Assembly: GCA_023248995.1 (NCBI GenBank)
Contig: JAHFDN010000013.1
Span: forward strand, 194-64,193
Source of the DNA: Candidatus Rokuibacteriota bacterium
GTDB lineage: Bacteria > Methylomirabilota > Methylomirabilia > Rokubacteriales > CSP1-6
Length of the DNA: 64,000 nt
Direction: 5' to 3'
How positions within the stretch are numbered: the first letter of the stretch is position 1; every line of letters begins with the position of its first letter. The position numbers were made by a program, and so were the translations under genes. The notes under the pieces are model-generated. The model was not told the DNA's origin, ran no database searches, and saw only the letters and a program-made list of their open reading frames with translations. Of this stretch, positions 21,088-33,882 are shown piece by piece.

Positions 21088-22416
21088 ATGAACGCGCTGA
21101 TCAGGGGCGGCCGAGTCCTCGACCCTGCCCACGACGTCGACGCCGTTCAGGATGTCCTGATCCAGGACGGGAAGATCTCCCGCCTCGGAACGGGCCTCCG
21201 GGCCCCCGACGGAACGCCGACCATCGAGGCGGGTGGCAAGGTGGTGTGCCCCGGCTTCATCGACGCCCATGTGCACCTGCGCGAGCCGGGCTACGAATAC
21301 AAAGAGACGGTGGCGACGGGGACCAAGGCCGCCGCCGCCGGAGGGTTCACGGCGGTCGCCTGCATGGCCAACACGAACCCCGTGAACGACAACCGCTCCG
21401 TCACCGACTATGTCCTCGCCAAAGCCCGGAGCGAGGGAGCTGTCCGGGTTTACCCGATCGGCGCGGTGTCGCGCGGGCTCGAGGGGAAGGAACTGGCGGA
21501 GCTCGCCGAGCTCGCGGAAGCCGGGTGCGTCGCCTTCTCGGACGACGGCCACCCGGTCATGAACTCGGCGCTCCTCCGCCACGCCATGGAGTACACGCTC
21601 CCCTTCGGCCTGCCCATCATCTCCCACGCCGAGGACGCCCACCTGACGGGCGGTGGCGTGATGAACGAGGGCGCGGTGTCGACCGAGCTCGGCCTGGCGG
21701 GCCGGCCCTCCGCGGCTGAGGAAGTAATGGTGGCTCGCGATCTTTGCCTGGCAGAGCTGACCGGAGCCCATGTTCACATCGCCCACATCTCGACCGCCGG
21801 CGCGGTGCGCCTGCTGAGGGACGCCAAGGCCCGGGGCATCCGCGTGACGGCCGAGGTCACCCCGCATCACCTCCTCCTGACCGAGGAGGCCGTGCGCGGC
21901 TACGATCCGAACACCAAGATGAACCCGCCGCTCAGGACCAAGCGCGATCGGGAAGCGCTCGTGGAGGCCCTGGCCGACGGCACGATCGACTGCATCGCCA
22001 CCGATCACGCGCCCCATGCTGTCGCCGAGAAGGAGGGCGACTACGACCAGGCGGCTTTCGGGATCGTGGGGCTGGAGACGGCCGTCTCCCTCCTTCTCGA
22101 TCGTCTGGTCCGTCCCGGCCTCCTCGATCTCAGGACGCTCGTCAGCCGGCTCACCGTGGGGCCCGCCCGGCTCCTGAACCTGCGTGGCGGGAGCCTGGCG
22201 GCGGGCGCGGACGCCGACGTCACCATCCTCGACCTGGAGCGGCGCCTCACGATCGACCCCCGGGCCTTCCACTCGAAGAGCCGCAACACGCCCTTCGACG
22301 GCTGGGAGGTGACGGGGATGCCGTGGATGACCCTCGTGGGCGGCCGGGTCGTGATGTGGGAACGCGTGATCAAGGGCGGCGCCGGCAAAACCGGCGCTCG
22401 AACAGGCGCGTCATGA
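21088..22416 (+). CDS. pyrC: Dihydroorotase (type I)
   Basis: [49 protein letters not shown]. Confidence 0.96.
   Translation: MNALIRGGRVLDPAHDVDAVQDVLIQDGKISRLGTGLRAPDGTPTIEAGGKVVCPGFIDAHVHLREPGYEYKETVATGTKAAAAGGFTAVACMANTNPVNDNRSVTDYVLAKARSEGAVRVYPIGAVSRGLEGKELAELAELAEAGCVAFSDDGHPVMNSALLRHAMEYTLPFGLPIISHAEDAHLTGGGVMNEGAVSTELGLAGRPSAAEEVMVARDLCLAELTGAHVHIAHISTAGAVRLLRDAKARGIRVTAEVTPHHLLLTEEAVRGYDPNTKMNPPLRTKRDREALVEALADGTIDCIATDHAPHAVAEKEGDYDQAAFGIVGLETAVSLLLDRLVRPGLLDLRTLVSRLTVGPARLLNLRGGSLAAGADADVTILDLERRLTIDPRAFHSKSRNTPFDGWEVTGMPWMTLVGGRVVMWERVIKGGAGKTGARTGAS
22379..22404 (-). repeat. Partial repeat copy C (first hairpin module) inside the pyrC 3' end
   Basis: Reverse complement TGTTCGAGCGCCGGTTTTGCCGGCGC matches 20969-20994 at 25 of 26 nt. 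Confidence 0.8.
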
Positions 22417-23543
22417 GGAAGCCGGCTCTCCTGGCGCTGGCGGACGGCCGGGTCTGGAGGGGCGAATCGCTCGGGGCCGAGGGCGAGACTGTCGGTGAGG
22501 TGGTCTTCAACACGGCCATGACGGGCTACCAGGAGATCATGACCGACCCCTCGTACAAGGGGCAGATCGTGGCGATGACCTACCCGCTCATCGGCAACTA
22601 CGGGATCAACGACGAGGACGTGGAATCGCGCCGCCCGTGGGTGGAGGGGTTCGTCGTCAGGGAGGCTTCCCCTACTCCGTCGTCCTGGCGGGGCCGGCGC
22701 ACGCTGGACGCCTACATGCGCGAGCACGCGATCGTCGGGATCCAGGGAATCGACACGCGGGCGCTGACCCGGCATCTCAGGGATCACGGGGCCCAGGAGG
22801 GCGTGATCTCCACCGAGGAGCTGGACCCGGCGCGCCTCGGCGCCAGGGCAGAGGCCGCGCCCGGGCTCCTCGGTAGAGACCTGGTGCGCGAGGTTACCGT
22901 CGCCGGGCCTCACGGCTGGAAGGAGGCGACGTGGGACCGGGTGCGGGGGTACCGCCTGCCGCCGGCGGCGCGGTTCAACGTCGTGGCGTTCGACGCCGGG
23001 ATCAAATCGAACATCCTGCGCCAGCTCGTTTCGGCCGGTTGCGACGTCACGGTGGTCCCCGCCTCCACCTCCACGTCGGCCGTACTGGAGCGGAAGCCCA
23101 ACGGCGTCTTCCTCTCCAACGGACCGGGGGATCCGGAGGGCGTGCCGTACCTCATCGAGACCGTGCGGGGGCTCCTCGGGAAGGTCCCGATCTTCGGGAT
23201 CTGTCTAGGACACCAGATCCTCGGCCTGGCGGCGGGCGGCCGCACGTACAAGCTCAAGTTCGGCCACCACGGGGCCAACCATCCGGTGAAGGACCTGGCG
23301 ACGGGAAAGGTGGAGATCACGGCCCAGAACCACGGCTTCGCCGTGGACCCCGAGTCGGTCGGGCCCCGCGGCTTCCTCCTGAGCCATGTCAACTTGAACG
23401 ACGGGACCTGCGAGGGTTTCACCCACCGGGAACTGCCGGTATTCTCGGTCCAGTACCATCCCGAAGCCTCGCCCGGGCCCCACGACGCCAACCACCTCTT
23501 TCAGCGTTTCGCCGATCTCATGCAGGGGACGAAAGGAGGGTGA
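22413..23543 (+). CDS. carA: Carbamoyl-phosphate synthase small subunit
   Basis: [40 protein letters not shown]. Confidence 0.97.
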   Translation: MRKPALLALADGRVWRGESLGAEGETVGEVVFNTAMTGYQEIMTDPSYKGQIVAMTYPLIGNYGINDEDVESRRPWVEGFVVREASPTPSSWRGRRTLDAYMREHAIVGIQGIDTRALTRHLRDHGAQEGVISTEELDPARLGARAEAAPGLLGRDLVREVTVAGPHGWKEATWDRVRGYRLPPAARFNVVAFDAGIKSNILRQLVSAGCDVTVVPASTSTSAVLERKPNGVFLSNGPGDPEGVPYLIETVRGLLGKVPIFGICLGHQILGLAAGGRTYKLKFGHHGANHPVKDLATGKVEITAQNHGFAVDPESVGPRGFLLSHVNLNDGTCEGFTHRELPVFSVQYHPEASPGPHDANHLFQRFADLMQGTKGG

Positions 23544-23551
23544 TCGAACCT

Positions 23552-23821
23552 ATGCCGAAGTACCTGATCTCGTACCGGAAGACCGAGGAGGTGGGGCAGA
23601 AGCCCGAGTGGACGTCGTTCACCATGGAGAGTGACGTCTCCCTCGAAGGCCACGCCATTCGCGAGCGCGTGGACAAGCGCATGAGCGTCCTCGGCGAAAA
23701 ACTCTGGGGCAACGGCGAGGTGGTCTGGGTCGGCGGCGGCCGGCTCGACGACATCCTCTACAAGCGCGAGGAAGCCGCCCCCGAGACGTCCATCGTCTAT
23801 GGGCTGGTGGAAGGGTCCTAG
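23552..23821 (+). CDS. Hypothetical 89-aa protein between carA and carB
   Basis: AAGGAGG upstream; host-like codon usage; fills the intergenic gap; not recognised. Confidence 0.75.
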   Translation: MPKYLISYRKTEEVGQKPEWTSFTMESDVSLEGHAIRERVDKRMSVLGEKLWGNGEVVWVGGGRLDDILYKREEAAPETSIVYGLVEGS

Positions 23822-23823
23822 CG

Positions 23824-27016
<3,193 letters not shown>

Positions 27017-27030
<14 letters not shown>

Positions 27031-27745
27031 GCCCAAGGACCGGCTGGTCGTCGCGCTCGACGTCGAGAACCTGGGCCAGGCCGAGACGCTCCTGGATCGC
27101 CTCCAGGGGGTCGTGAGCACCTGGAAGATCGGCTCGCGGCTCTACACGGCCGCGGGCCCGGCCGCGGTCGAGCTCGTGCAGAAGCGCGGGGGCTCGGTCT
27201 TCCTGGACCTCAAGTTCCACGACATCCCCCACACGGTGGCTGGCTCCGTGCGCGAGGCCACGCGGTTGGGCGTCGGCATGCTCACCGTCCACGCGTCCGG
27301 GGGCAGCCCCATGCTGACGGCCGCGGCCGAGGCCGCCCGGGAGGCGGCGCGGGAGCTCAACGTGCCCAAGCCGCTCTGCCTGGCCGTGACGGTGCTGACC
27401 AGCCTCAGTCGCGCGCTCCTTCAGCGGGAGCTGAACGTGCCGCTCGCCGTCGAGGGTCACGCCCTCCATCTGGCCCGGCTGGCCCGGGACGCCGGGCTCG
27501 ACGGAAGCGTCTCCTCACCCGAGGAGACCCGGACCATCCGGAACGCGCTCGGGCGGGAGTGGGTGATCGTCACCCCGGGTGTGAGACCCGCCGGGAGCGG
27601 CGCCGACGATCAGGTCCGCGTCGCGACACCCGAGGCGGCCATCCGTGCCGGCGCCGACTACCTCGTCGTGGGGCGTCCCATCACGGCGGCCGCCGACCCG
27701 AAGGCCGCGGCGCTCGCCATCCTCGAGGCCATCGCCCGCGCATGA
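27017..27745 (+). CDS. pyrF: Orotidine-5'-phosphate decarboxylase
   Basis: [34 protein letters not shown]. Confidence 0.96.
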
Positions 27746-28323
27746 CCGAGACAGAGGTCCTCGAAATCTACGAGCGCGGGGGAGGGCTCCTGCGTGGCCA
27801 CTTCCTCCTCTCCTCCGGCCTTCACTCGAACGCCTACCTCCAGAGCGCGCTCGTCCTCCAGCACCCGGGACAGGCCGAGGCCCTAGGCCGGGAGCTCGCC
27901 AAACGGTTCGGGGGGGACGGCGTCCAGGTGGTGCTGGCCCCGGCCATCGGCGGGATCCTGGTGGCTCACGAGGTCGCCCGGGCTCTCGGGGCGCGCGCCG
28001 TCTTTACAGAGCGGGAAGATGGCGTGATGCGCCTCCGCCGCGGTTTCACCCTCGCGCCCGGCGAGCGCTGTCTCGTGGTGGAGGACGTCATCACCACGGG
28101 CGGCTCCACCCGCGAGGTCATCAAGGTCGTGGAGGACGCCCGGGGCGTGCTGGTCGGGGTGGGCGCCTTGATCGACAGGAGCGGCGGGGCCGCGACGTTC
28201 CCCGTGAAGAAGGCTGCCCTCGCCACGCTGGCGGTCCCGACCGATAAGCCGGAGGACTGCCCGCTCTGCAAGACGGGCGTGCCCGCCGTGAAACCAGGAA
28301 GCCGGACCTCGCCCAAAGGGTAA
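27742..28323 (+). CDS. pyrE: Orotate phosphoribosyltransferase
   Basis: GHFLLSSGLHS, VVEDVITTGGST, IDRS. Confidence 0.95.
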   Translation: MTETEVLEIYERGGGLLRGHFLLSSGLHSNAYLQSALVLQHPGQAEALGRELAKRFGGDGVQVVLAPAIGGILVAHEVARALGARAVFTEREDGVMRLRRGFTLAPGERCLVVEDVITTGGSTREVIKVVEDARGVLVGVGALIDRSGGAATFPVKKAALATLAVPTDKPEDCPLCKTGVPAVKPGSRTSPKG

Positions 28324-28671
28324 ATGCCCGGCACCCCCTTCGCGCATGCGAGCGAGCGCGAATTCGCCCGGCTCCTCACCTTCTACGCGGTGCGGTGGCA
28401 ATACGAGCCGACGACCTTCCCCCTCGAGTGGGACGACCAGGGGCGCGTCACCGAAGCCTTTACGCCGGACTTCTATCTACCAGACCAGGATCTCTACATC
28501 GAGTTGACAACGAAGGAGCAGCGCCTGATGACCGCCAAGCACCGGAAGATCCGGAAGGCGCTCGGGCTCCACCCCGACCTCAAGATCCGCCTCCTCTCCC
28601 GGAAAGACTGCCTCGCCCTGGCACGTCGGTTCGGCTGGCGGAAGGGCACGACGGACACCCCGCTGACATGA
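28324..28671 (+). CDS. Small PD-(D/E)XK-fold-like protein
   Basis: SEREFARLL...WQYEP...FTPDFYLP...YIELTT resembles the E...PD...ExK nuclease pattern; abuts pyrE and overlaps hpt. Confidence 0.7.
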   Translation: MPGTPFAHASEREFARLLTFYAVRWQYEPTTFPLEWDDQGRVTEAFTPDFYLPDQDLYIELTTKEQRLMTAKHRKIRKALGLHPDLKIRLLSRKDCLALARRFGWRKGTTDTPLT

Positions 28672-29207
28672 GCCTGTCGGACGACCTCGAGACCGTCCTG
28701 CTGGACGAGGAGGGGATCCGGGCCGAGGTAGAGCGCCTGGGGCGCGAGATCTCCAAGGATTACTCCGACCGCGCGCCCCACCTGATCAGTGTCCTGAAGG
28801 GCTCCGTGGTCTTCCTCGCCGACCTGATCCGCGCTCTCGCGGTGCCCGTCACCGTGGACTTCATCTCCATCTCCCCCTACGGCACGCCCACGCCCTCGGG
28901 GGTGGTCAGGATCCGGAAGGACCTGGACGAGCCGATCGAGCGGCGGGACGTGATCGTCGTGGAGGGGATCATAGACACCGGCCTCACGCTCTCCTATCTG
29001 CTCAGGAACTTCCGGACCCGCAACCCCGCCTCGCTCAAGGTTTGCGCCTTCGTCAACAAGCGAGCCCAGCGGATCATCGATCTGAGCGTGGACTACGTGG
29101 GGCGGGAGATCCCCGACAAGTTCGTGGTCGGCTACGGACTCGACTACCGCCAGCGCTACAGGAACCTCCCCGTCCTCGGCGTCCTCAAGCCCTCCGCGCT
29201 CGAGTAG
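28668..29207 (+). CDS. hpt: Hypoxanthine phosphoribosyltransferase family protein (altered motifs)
   Basis: VLKGSVVFLADL, VVEGIIDTGLTL, FVVGYGLDY..YRNLP. Confidence 0.85.
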   Translation: MSLSDDLETVLLDEEGIRAEVERLGREISKDYSDRAPHLISVLKGSVVFLADLIRALAVPVTVDFISISPYGTPTPSGVVRIRKDLDEPIERRDVIVVEGIIDTGLTLSYLLRNFRTRNPASLKVCAFVNKRAQRIIDLSVDYVGREIPDKFVVGYGLDYRQRYRNLPVLGVLKPSALE

Positions 29208-29228
29208 CCCCACGATACCCGACGGGGC

Positions 29229-30470
29229 TCACGGGAGCGCTCCCCCAGGGTTCCAAGAGGACACCGGGTAGCGGCGCTTCCACCAGCCGAGGAGCATGAG
29301 AACGGCCAGTAGCCCGCTCCCGCCCCCGACCGCGAACGCCGCGGGCACCCCCAGCGTCTGGGCGACCGAGCCGACGAGGAACGAGCCGATCGGAGTGACC
29401 CCCGCGAACACGAACGCGTAGAGGCTCATCATCCGCCCCCGCAGCCGGTCCGGCACCATCAGCTGAAGCGCCGTGTTGCAGCTCGCCATAAAGAGGATCT
29501 GCGAAAATCCGACCACCGCCAGTAAGAGCGCTGCGAGCGAGAAGGACCGGACCCCTGCCAGCGCCAACGTCGCCACGGAGACGACGACGGCGGGAATCAC
29601 CAGGACGCGCAACGCGGGCACGCCCTGGCCGGCGAGGGTCAGGATGAGCGCGCCGGCGACGGCGCCGGCCCCCAACGCGGCCATCAGGAACCCGAAGCCG
29701 TGCGCCCCCTCGTGCAACACCTCCCTCGCCAGCAGCGGAACGAGCACGTTGTAGTTGACGACGAACAGACTCACCGACAGCAAGAGGCCCAGGACCAGCG
29801 CGATCAGGGGGTTGCTCGCGGCGAAGCGGAGTCCCTCGAGGATTTGCTCGAAGACCGTCGTCCCCGCCGGCGCGCGCGCGAGCCCCTCGGTTCTGATCGC
29901 GAGGAGGGCCATGATGACCGCCAGGAAGCTCACGCCGTTGAGGAAAAAGGCGGATGCCACGTCGTATCGAGCGAGCAGGAGGCCCGCCACTGCCGGCCCG
30001 ACGATGCGCGCCCCATTGAACATCGCGGAGTTGAGGGCGATCGCGTTCATGAGGTCGTCCCTGCCGACCATGTCCACGAAGAACGACTGGCGGGTCGGCA
30101 TGTCCAGCGTGTTGGCGAGCCCGTACAGGGTCGCCAGCAGCGCCACGTGCCAGTACCGCACATGGGCCGTCCAGACCAAGCCCGCGAGGGCGAATGCCTG
30201 CAGCATGAGCACCGTCTGGGTGCCGAGGATCACCCGTCGCTTGGGAAGCCGGTCTGCGAAGGCGCCCGCGACCAGCGAGAAGAGGAGCATCGGACCGAAC
30301 TGGAGGGTGCCGATGAGCCCGAGCTTGAAAGGAGAGTTCGTCAGCTCCAGGACCAGCCACGCTTGCCCGACTGTCTGCATCCACGTCCCGACCAGTGAGA
30401 CCAGCTGGCCGGTCCAGAAGAGGCGGAAGTCCCGGTGGTCGAAAGCCCGAAGCCCGGCAGGGAACGGCAT
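29229..30470 (-). CDS. MFS transporter (about 12 TM)
   Basis: DFRLFWTGQLVSLVGTWMQ, GAFADRLPKR, NAIALNS..FNGARIVGP. Confidence 0.9.
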   Translation of the reverse strand: MPFPAGLRAFDHRDFRLFWTGQLVSLVGTWMQTVGQAWLVLELTNSPFKLGLIGTLQFGPMLLFSLVAGAFADRLPKRRVILGTQTVLMLQAFALAGLVWTAHVRYWHVALLATLYGLANTLDMPTRQSFFVDMVGRDDLMNAIALNSAMFNGARIVGPAVAGLLLARYDVASAFFLNGVSFLAVIMALLAIRTEGLARAPAGTTVFEQILEGLRFAASNPLIALVLGLLLSVSLFVVNYNVLVPLLAREVLHEGAHGFGFLMAALGAGAVAGALILTLAGQGVPALRVLVIPAVVVSVATLALAGVRSFSLAALLLAVVGFSQILFMASCNTALQLMVPDRLRGRMMSLYAFVFAGVTPIGSFLVGSVAQTLGVPAAFAVGGGSGLLAVLMLLGWWKRRYPVSSWNPGGALP

Positions 30471-30529
30471 CGGGCGCGAGGCTCAGCGGCAGCCGCCGGC
30501 CAGCGCGAAGGACTCGGGCACGGTCCCTC

Positions 30530-30721
30530 TCAGCTCGCCTGAAAGCCGATCTTACTGTGCGTGCCGTCGCAGAGCGGCTTGGTCGCGGAGCCGCCACAGC
30601 GGCAGAGCGCGATCTTCGGGCGCCCGCCGGTGTCGATCTTCGCCCCCTTGGAATCGTAGATCTCGCACTCCCCTTCGACAACATACGGGCCGTTCGGTCG
30701 AGCCGTGATCTTGACGGTCAT
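30530..30721 (-). CDS. CDGSH iron-sulfur domain protein
   Basis: NGPY, LCRCGGSATKPLCDGTH; AGGAGG ribosome-binding site. Confidence 0.9.
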   Translation of the reverse strand: MTVKITARPNGPYVVEGECEIYDSKGAKIDTGGRPKIALCRCGGSATKPLCDGTHSKIGFQAS

Positions 30722-30769
30722 GGATTCCTCCTTGTCAGGTCTGGGAGAAGCCCTGGGCGTTCGGGCGCG

Positions 30770-30798
30770 ACTTTACACCGGGCGGCCCCGCCTGTCAA
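30770..30798 (-). promoter_or_regulatory. Sigma-70 promoter for CDGSH-MFS
   Basis: TTGACA-17 bp-TAAAGT on the minus strand. Confidence 0.7.
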
Positions 30799-30819
30799 CG
30801 CCCGAGAGGCCCAAACACA

Positions 30820-30848
30820 TTGACACTTCAGCGAAATTTGGCTATGCT
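30820..30848 (+). promoter_or_regulatory. Sigma-70 promoter for the yicC operon
   Basis: TTGACA-17 bp-TATGCT. Confidence 0.75.
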
Positions 30849-30901
30849 TCGGTGATGGCTGGCCTGCTGTTCGCCTCTCCTTTCTCCCGCTCAGGAGACC
30901 C

Positions 30902-31783
30902 ATGATCCGCAGCATGACGGGGTTCGGACGGGCCGAGGTGGCGGCGGCGGCCTTCGCCGTGTCCGTCGAGGCCCGGTCCCTGAACCACCGCCACCTGGAC
31001 ATCTCCCTCAGGCTCCCCCGCGCGTTCGCCGGGCTCGAATCGGAGGCCCGGCGCCTGATTCAGGAGCACGTCCAGCGGGGACGCCTCGACGTCAGCGTGA
31101 GCGCGAAGCCGCTGGCCGGACCGGCGAGCCCGCTGACACTGGATGCGGCGGTGGCCCGGCAGTACCTCGACCAGGTGCGGGCGCTCGGTGAAGCGGTCGG
31201 GCTCGCGGCCAGGCCGACGCTCGAGTGGCTCCTCGAGCGCCCCGGAGTCGTGACCTCCGGCGAGCCGGAGCCGCTCCCTGCCGAGACCGCCTGGCCGGTC
31301 CTGGCCGACGCGCTGACCCGGGCCCTGGGGGACCTGGTGGGGCGCCGCGAGACGGAGGGAGAAGCGCTCGGCAAGGAGTTGAGCGCGCTCCACGACGCGC
31401 TCGCCGCCGAAGTCGAGCGGATGGCCCGGCGCGCCCCTGCGGCTCTCGCCCAGCGCACGACGCGGGGCCGGGAGCGGATCCGGACGCTTCTGGGCGAGCT
31501 CCCGCTCGACGAGGGGCGGCTCGCCATGGAGGTGGCCGTCTGGGCCGACAAGACCGATGTCAGCGAGGAGCTCGCGCGGCTCAACGCCCATCTCCGGCAG
31601 TTCAGGGCGCTCCTGGAGGACGGCGGTCCGGTGGGGAAGGCGCTGGACTTCCTGATCCAGGAGATGAACCGCGAGGTGAACACGACCGCCTCCAAGGCCA
31701 ACGACCTGGAGCTCTCGCAGTTGGCGCTGGCCTCCAAGGGGCACCTGGAGAAGATCCGGGAGCAGATCCAGAACGTCGAATGA
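30902..31783 (+). CDS. yicC: YicC/YloC family endoribonuclease
   Basis: MIRSMTGFG, RSLNHRHLD, GKALDFLIQEMNREVNTTASK, EKIREQIQNVE. Confidence 0.93.
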   Translation: MIRSMTGFGRAEVAAAAFAVSVEARSLNHRHLDISLRLPRAFAGLESEARRLIQEHVQRGRLDVSVSAKPLAGPASPLTLDAAVARQYLDQVRALGEAVGLAARPTLEWLLERPGVVTSGEPEPLPAETAWPVLADALTRALGDLVGRRETEGEALGKELSALHDALAAEVERMARRAPAALAQRTTRGRERIRTLLGELPLDEGRLAMEVAVWADKTDVSEELARLNAHLRQFRALLEDGGPVGKALDFLIQEMNREVNTTASKANDLELSQLALASKGHLEKIREQIQNVE

Positions 31784-32418
31784 GCCCGAGCGGGGACGCG
31801 GTCACGAAGCGCCGGGGAACGCTGGTGGTGGTGTCGGCCCCCTCGGGGGCGGGCAAGACCACGCTCTGCAGCGAGGTGCGCTCGGTGGTCCCCGACCTGG
31901 CGTACTCCGTCTCCTCCACGACCCGGCCGCCCCGGCCGGGCGAGGTGGACGGCAAGGACTTCCACTTCGTCAGCGTGGCTGCCTTCAAGGCGATGACGGA
32001 GCGGGGGGAATTCGCCGAGTGGGCGGTGGTGCACGGCAACTTCTATGGGACCCGCTCCCGGCCGCTGGAGGAGGCGCTCAACGCCGGGCTCGACATCCTG
32101 CTCGACATCGACACCCAGGGGGCGCGGCAGCTCCGGACGAGCTACCCCGAGGCGATATCGGTCTTCATCGTGGCCCCGTCGCTCAAGCTTCTGGAACAGC
32201 GGCTCCGGGAGCGGAAGTCGGACGCGCCCCACGAGATCGCCCAGCGCATGGCGCGGGCTCGCGAGGAGATCGCGGCCTGGCGCGAGTACAATTATCTCAT
32301 CATCAACCGGGACCTGAAGGAGGCGGTGGAGCAGCTCGCCAGCATCATCCTGGCCGAGCGCTGCCGGACGAGCCGGCTCAAGCTCGCGATCCCCGACCTC
32401 AGGCTTCCGGAGTCATAG
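31780..32418 (+). CDS. gmk: Guanylate kinase
   Basis: SAPSGAGKTT, TTRPPRPGEVDGKDFHF, LDIDTQGA. Confidence 0.96.
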   Translation: MSPSGDAVTKRRGTLVVVSAPSGAGKTTLCSEVRSVVPDLAYSVSSTTRPPRPGEVDGKDFHFVSVAAFKAMTERGEFAEWAVVHGNFYGTRSRPLEEALNAGLDILLDIDTQGARQLRTSYPEAISVFIVAPSLKLLEQRLRERKSDAPHEIAQRMARAREEIAAWREYNYLIINRDLKEAVEQLASIILAERCRTSRLKLAIPDLRLPES

Positions 32419-32433
32419 GAGGCGACGCACGGT

Positions 32434-32649
32434 ATGGCCTTTCCATCACTCGAAAAGTCGCTGCAGAAAGTGTCGAACCGGTACCTCCTGGTCGTGCTCG
32501 CGTCCAGGCGCGCCCGCCAGATCAATCGCGGCGCTGCGGCTCAGGTGGAGTCCAAGCACAAGAAGTGCACGAGCGTGGCCCTCGAAGAGGTGGCCCAGGC
32601 CAAAGTCGCCTATCGTCTCAAGGACGAGGGCGAGTCGCTGAAGCTCTAG
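32434..32649 (+). CDS. rpoZ: RNA polymerase omega subunit
   Basis: NRYLLVVLASRRARQI...ALEEV; located after gmk. Confidence 0.93.
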   Translation: MAFPSLEKSLQKVSNRYLLVVLASRRARQINRGAAAQVESKHKKCTSVALEEVAQAKVAYRLKDEGESLKL

Positions 32650-32653
32650 CGCG

Positions 32654-33877
32654 ATGACGCAGCTCACGGGCAAAGAGATCATCCTCGGGGTCACCGGCTC
32701 CATCGCCGCCTACAAGGCGGTCTATCTCCTCCGCGAGCTGACCCGGCAGGGCGCCGGCGTGACGGTGGTCACGACCCAGCACGCCCAGAAGTTCGTGGGC
32801 CCCCTCACCTTCCGCACCCTGAGCGGCCGTCCGGTGCTGGCGGATCTCTTCGACCCCGCGACCGACGCGGCCGTGGAGCACGTCGAGCTGGCGCAGAAGT
32901 GCCACGCTCTGGTGGTGGCGCCGGCCACGGCGAATCTCCTCGCCAAGGCCGCCCACGGCATCGCCGACGACTTCCTGACCACGCTCCTCCTGGCGACCCG
33001 GTCACCGGTCCTCATGGTCCCCGCCATGGACGCGGGGATGTGGGATCACCCGGCCGTGCGGGACAATGTCGCCACGCTGCGGTCCCGCGGCGTCGCCGTG
33101 CTCGATCCCGACGTCGGGAAACTCGCCTCAGGCCGTGCCGGCACGGGACGGCTCCCGGAGGTTGACGTGATCCTCGAGGCCCTGCACCGCCTTCTGTCGC
33201 CGGTCAAAGACCTGGCGGGCGATCGCGTGCTGATCACCGGCGGCCCCACGCGGGAACCCCTGGACCCCGTCAGGTTTCTCTCCAACCGCTCCTCGGGCAA
33301 GATGGGCGTGGCCCTCGCCCTGGCCGCGCTCCGCCGCGGCGCCGAGGTCGTGCTGGTATCCGGGCCCACCAGCCAGGCGCCCCCGTCGGGGGCGGTGTTC
33401 GTCCCCGTGGAGACCGCCGAGGAGATGCGCGAGGCCGTGCTCCAGCACCTGGCCCAGGCCACCATCGTGATCAAGGCCGCCGCCGTGGGCGACTACCGGC
33501 CCCGGGAGGCCAGCCCTGTCAAGATGCCGTCCAAGCAGGGCGGACTCACCCTCGAGCTGGCGCCCACCCCGGACATCCTGAAAGAGGTCGCGGCGCGAAA
33601 GGGCGACCAGTTCATCGTCGGGTTCGCCGCCGAGACCCAGGACGTCCGCCGGCGCGCGCGCGAGAAGCAAGAGGCCAAGCGCGTGGACCTCATGGTGGCC
33701 AACGACGTGAGCCAGGCGGGGATCGGCTTCGACGCCGACGACAACCAGGTGACGCTCCTGGACCGCTGGGGCGGGCTGATCGAGCTCCCCAAGATGCCCA
33801 AGCTCGACGTCGCCAACGCGGTGTTCGACCGGATCCTCTCCCTCCGGGCCGCCAAGCCCGCCCACATCCCGCGCTAG
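32654..33877 (+). CDS. coaBC: Bifunctional phosphopantothenoylcysteine decarboxylase/ligase
   Basis: GVTGSIAAYKA, APATAN, GGPTREPLDPVRFLSNRSSGKMG, VGFAAET. Confidence 0.96.
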   Translation: MTQLTGKEIILGVTGSIAAYKAVYLLRELTRQGAGVTVVTTQHAQKFVGPLTFRTLSGRPVLADLFDPATDAAVEHVELAQKCHALVVAPATANLLAKAAHGIADDFLTTLLLATRSPVLMVPAMDAGMWDHPAVRDNVATLRSRGVAVLDPDVGKLASGRAGTGRLPEVDVILEALHRLLSPVKDLAGDRVLITGGPTREPLDPVRFLSNRSSGKMGVALALAALRRGAEVVLVSGPTSQAPPSGAVFVPVETAEEMREAVLQHLAQATIVIKAAAVGDYRPREASPVKMPSKQGGLTLELAPTPDILKEVAARKGDQFIVGFAAETQDVRRRAREKQEAKRVDLMVANDVSQAGIGFDADDNQVTLLDRWGGLIELPKMPKLDVANAVFDRILSLRAAKPAHIPR

Positions 33878-33882
33878 GCCGT

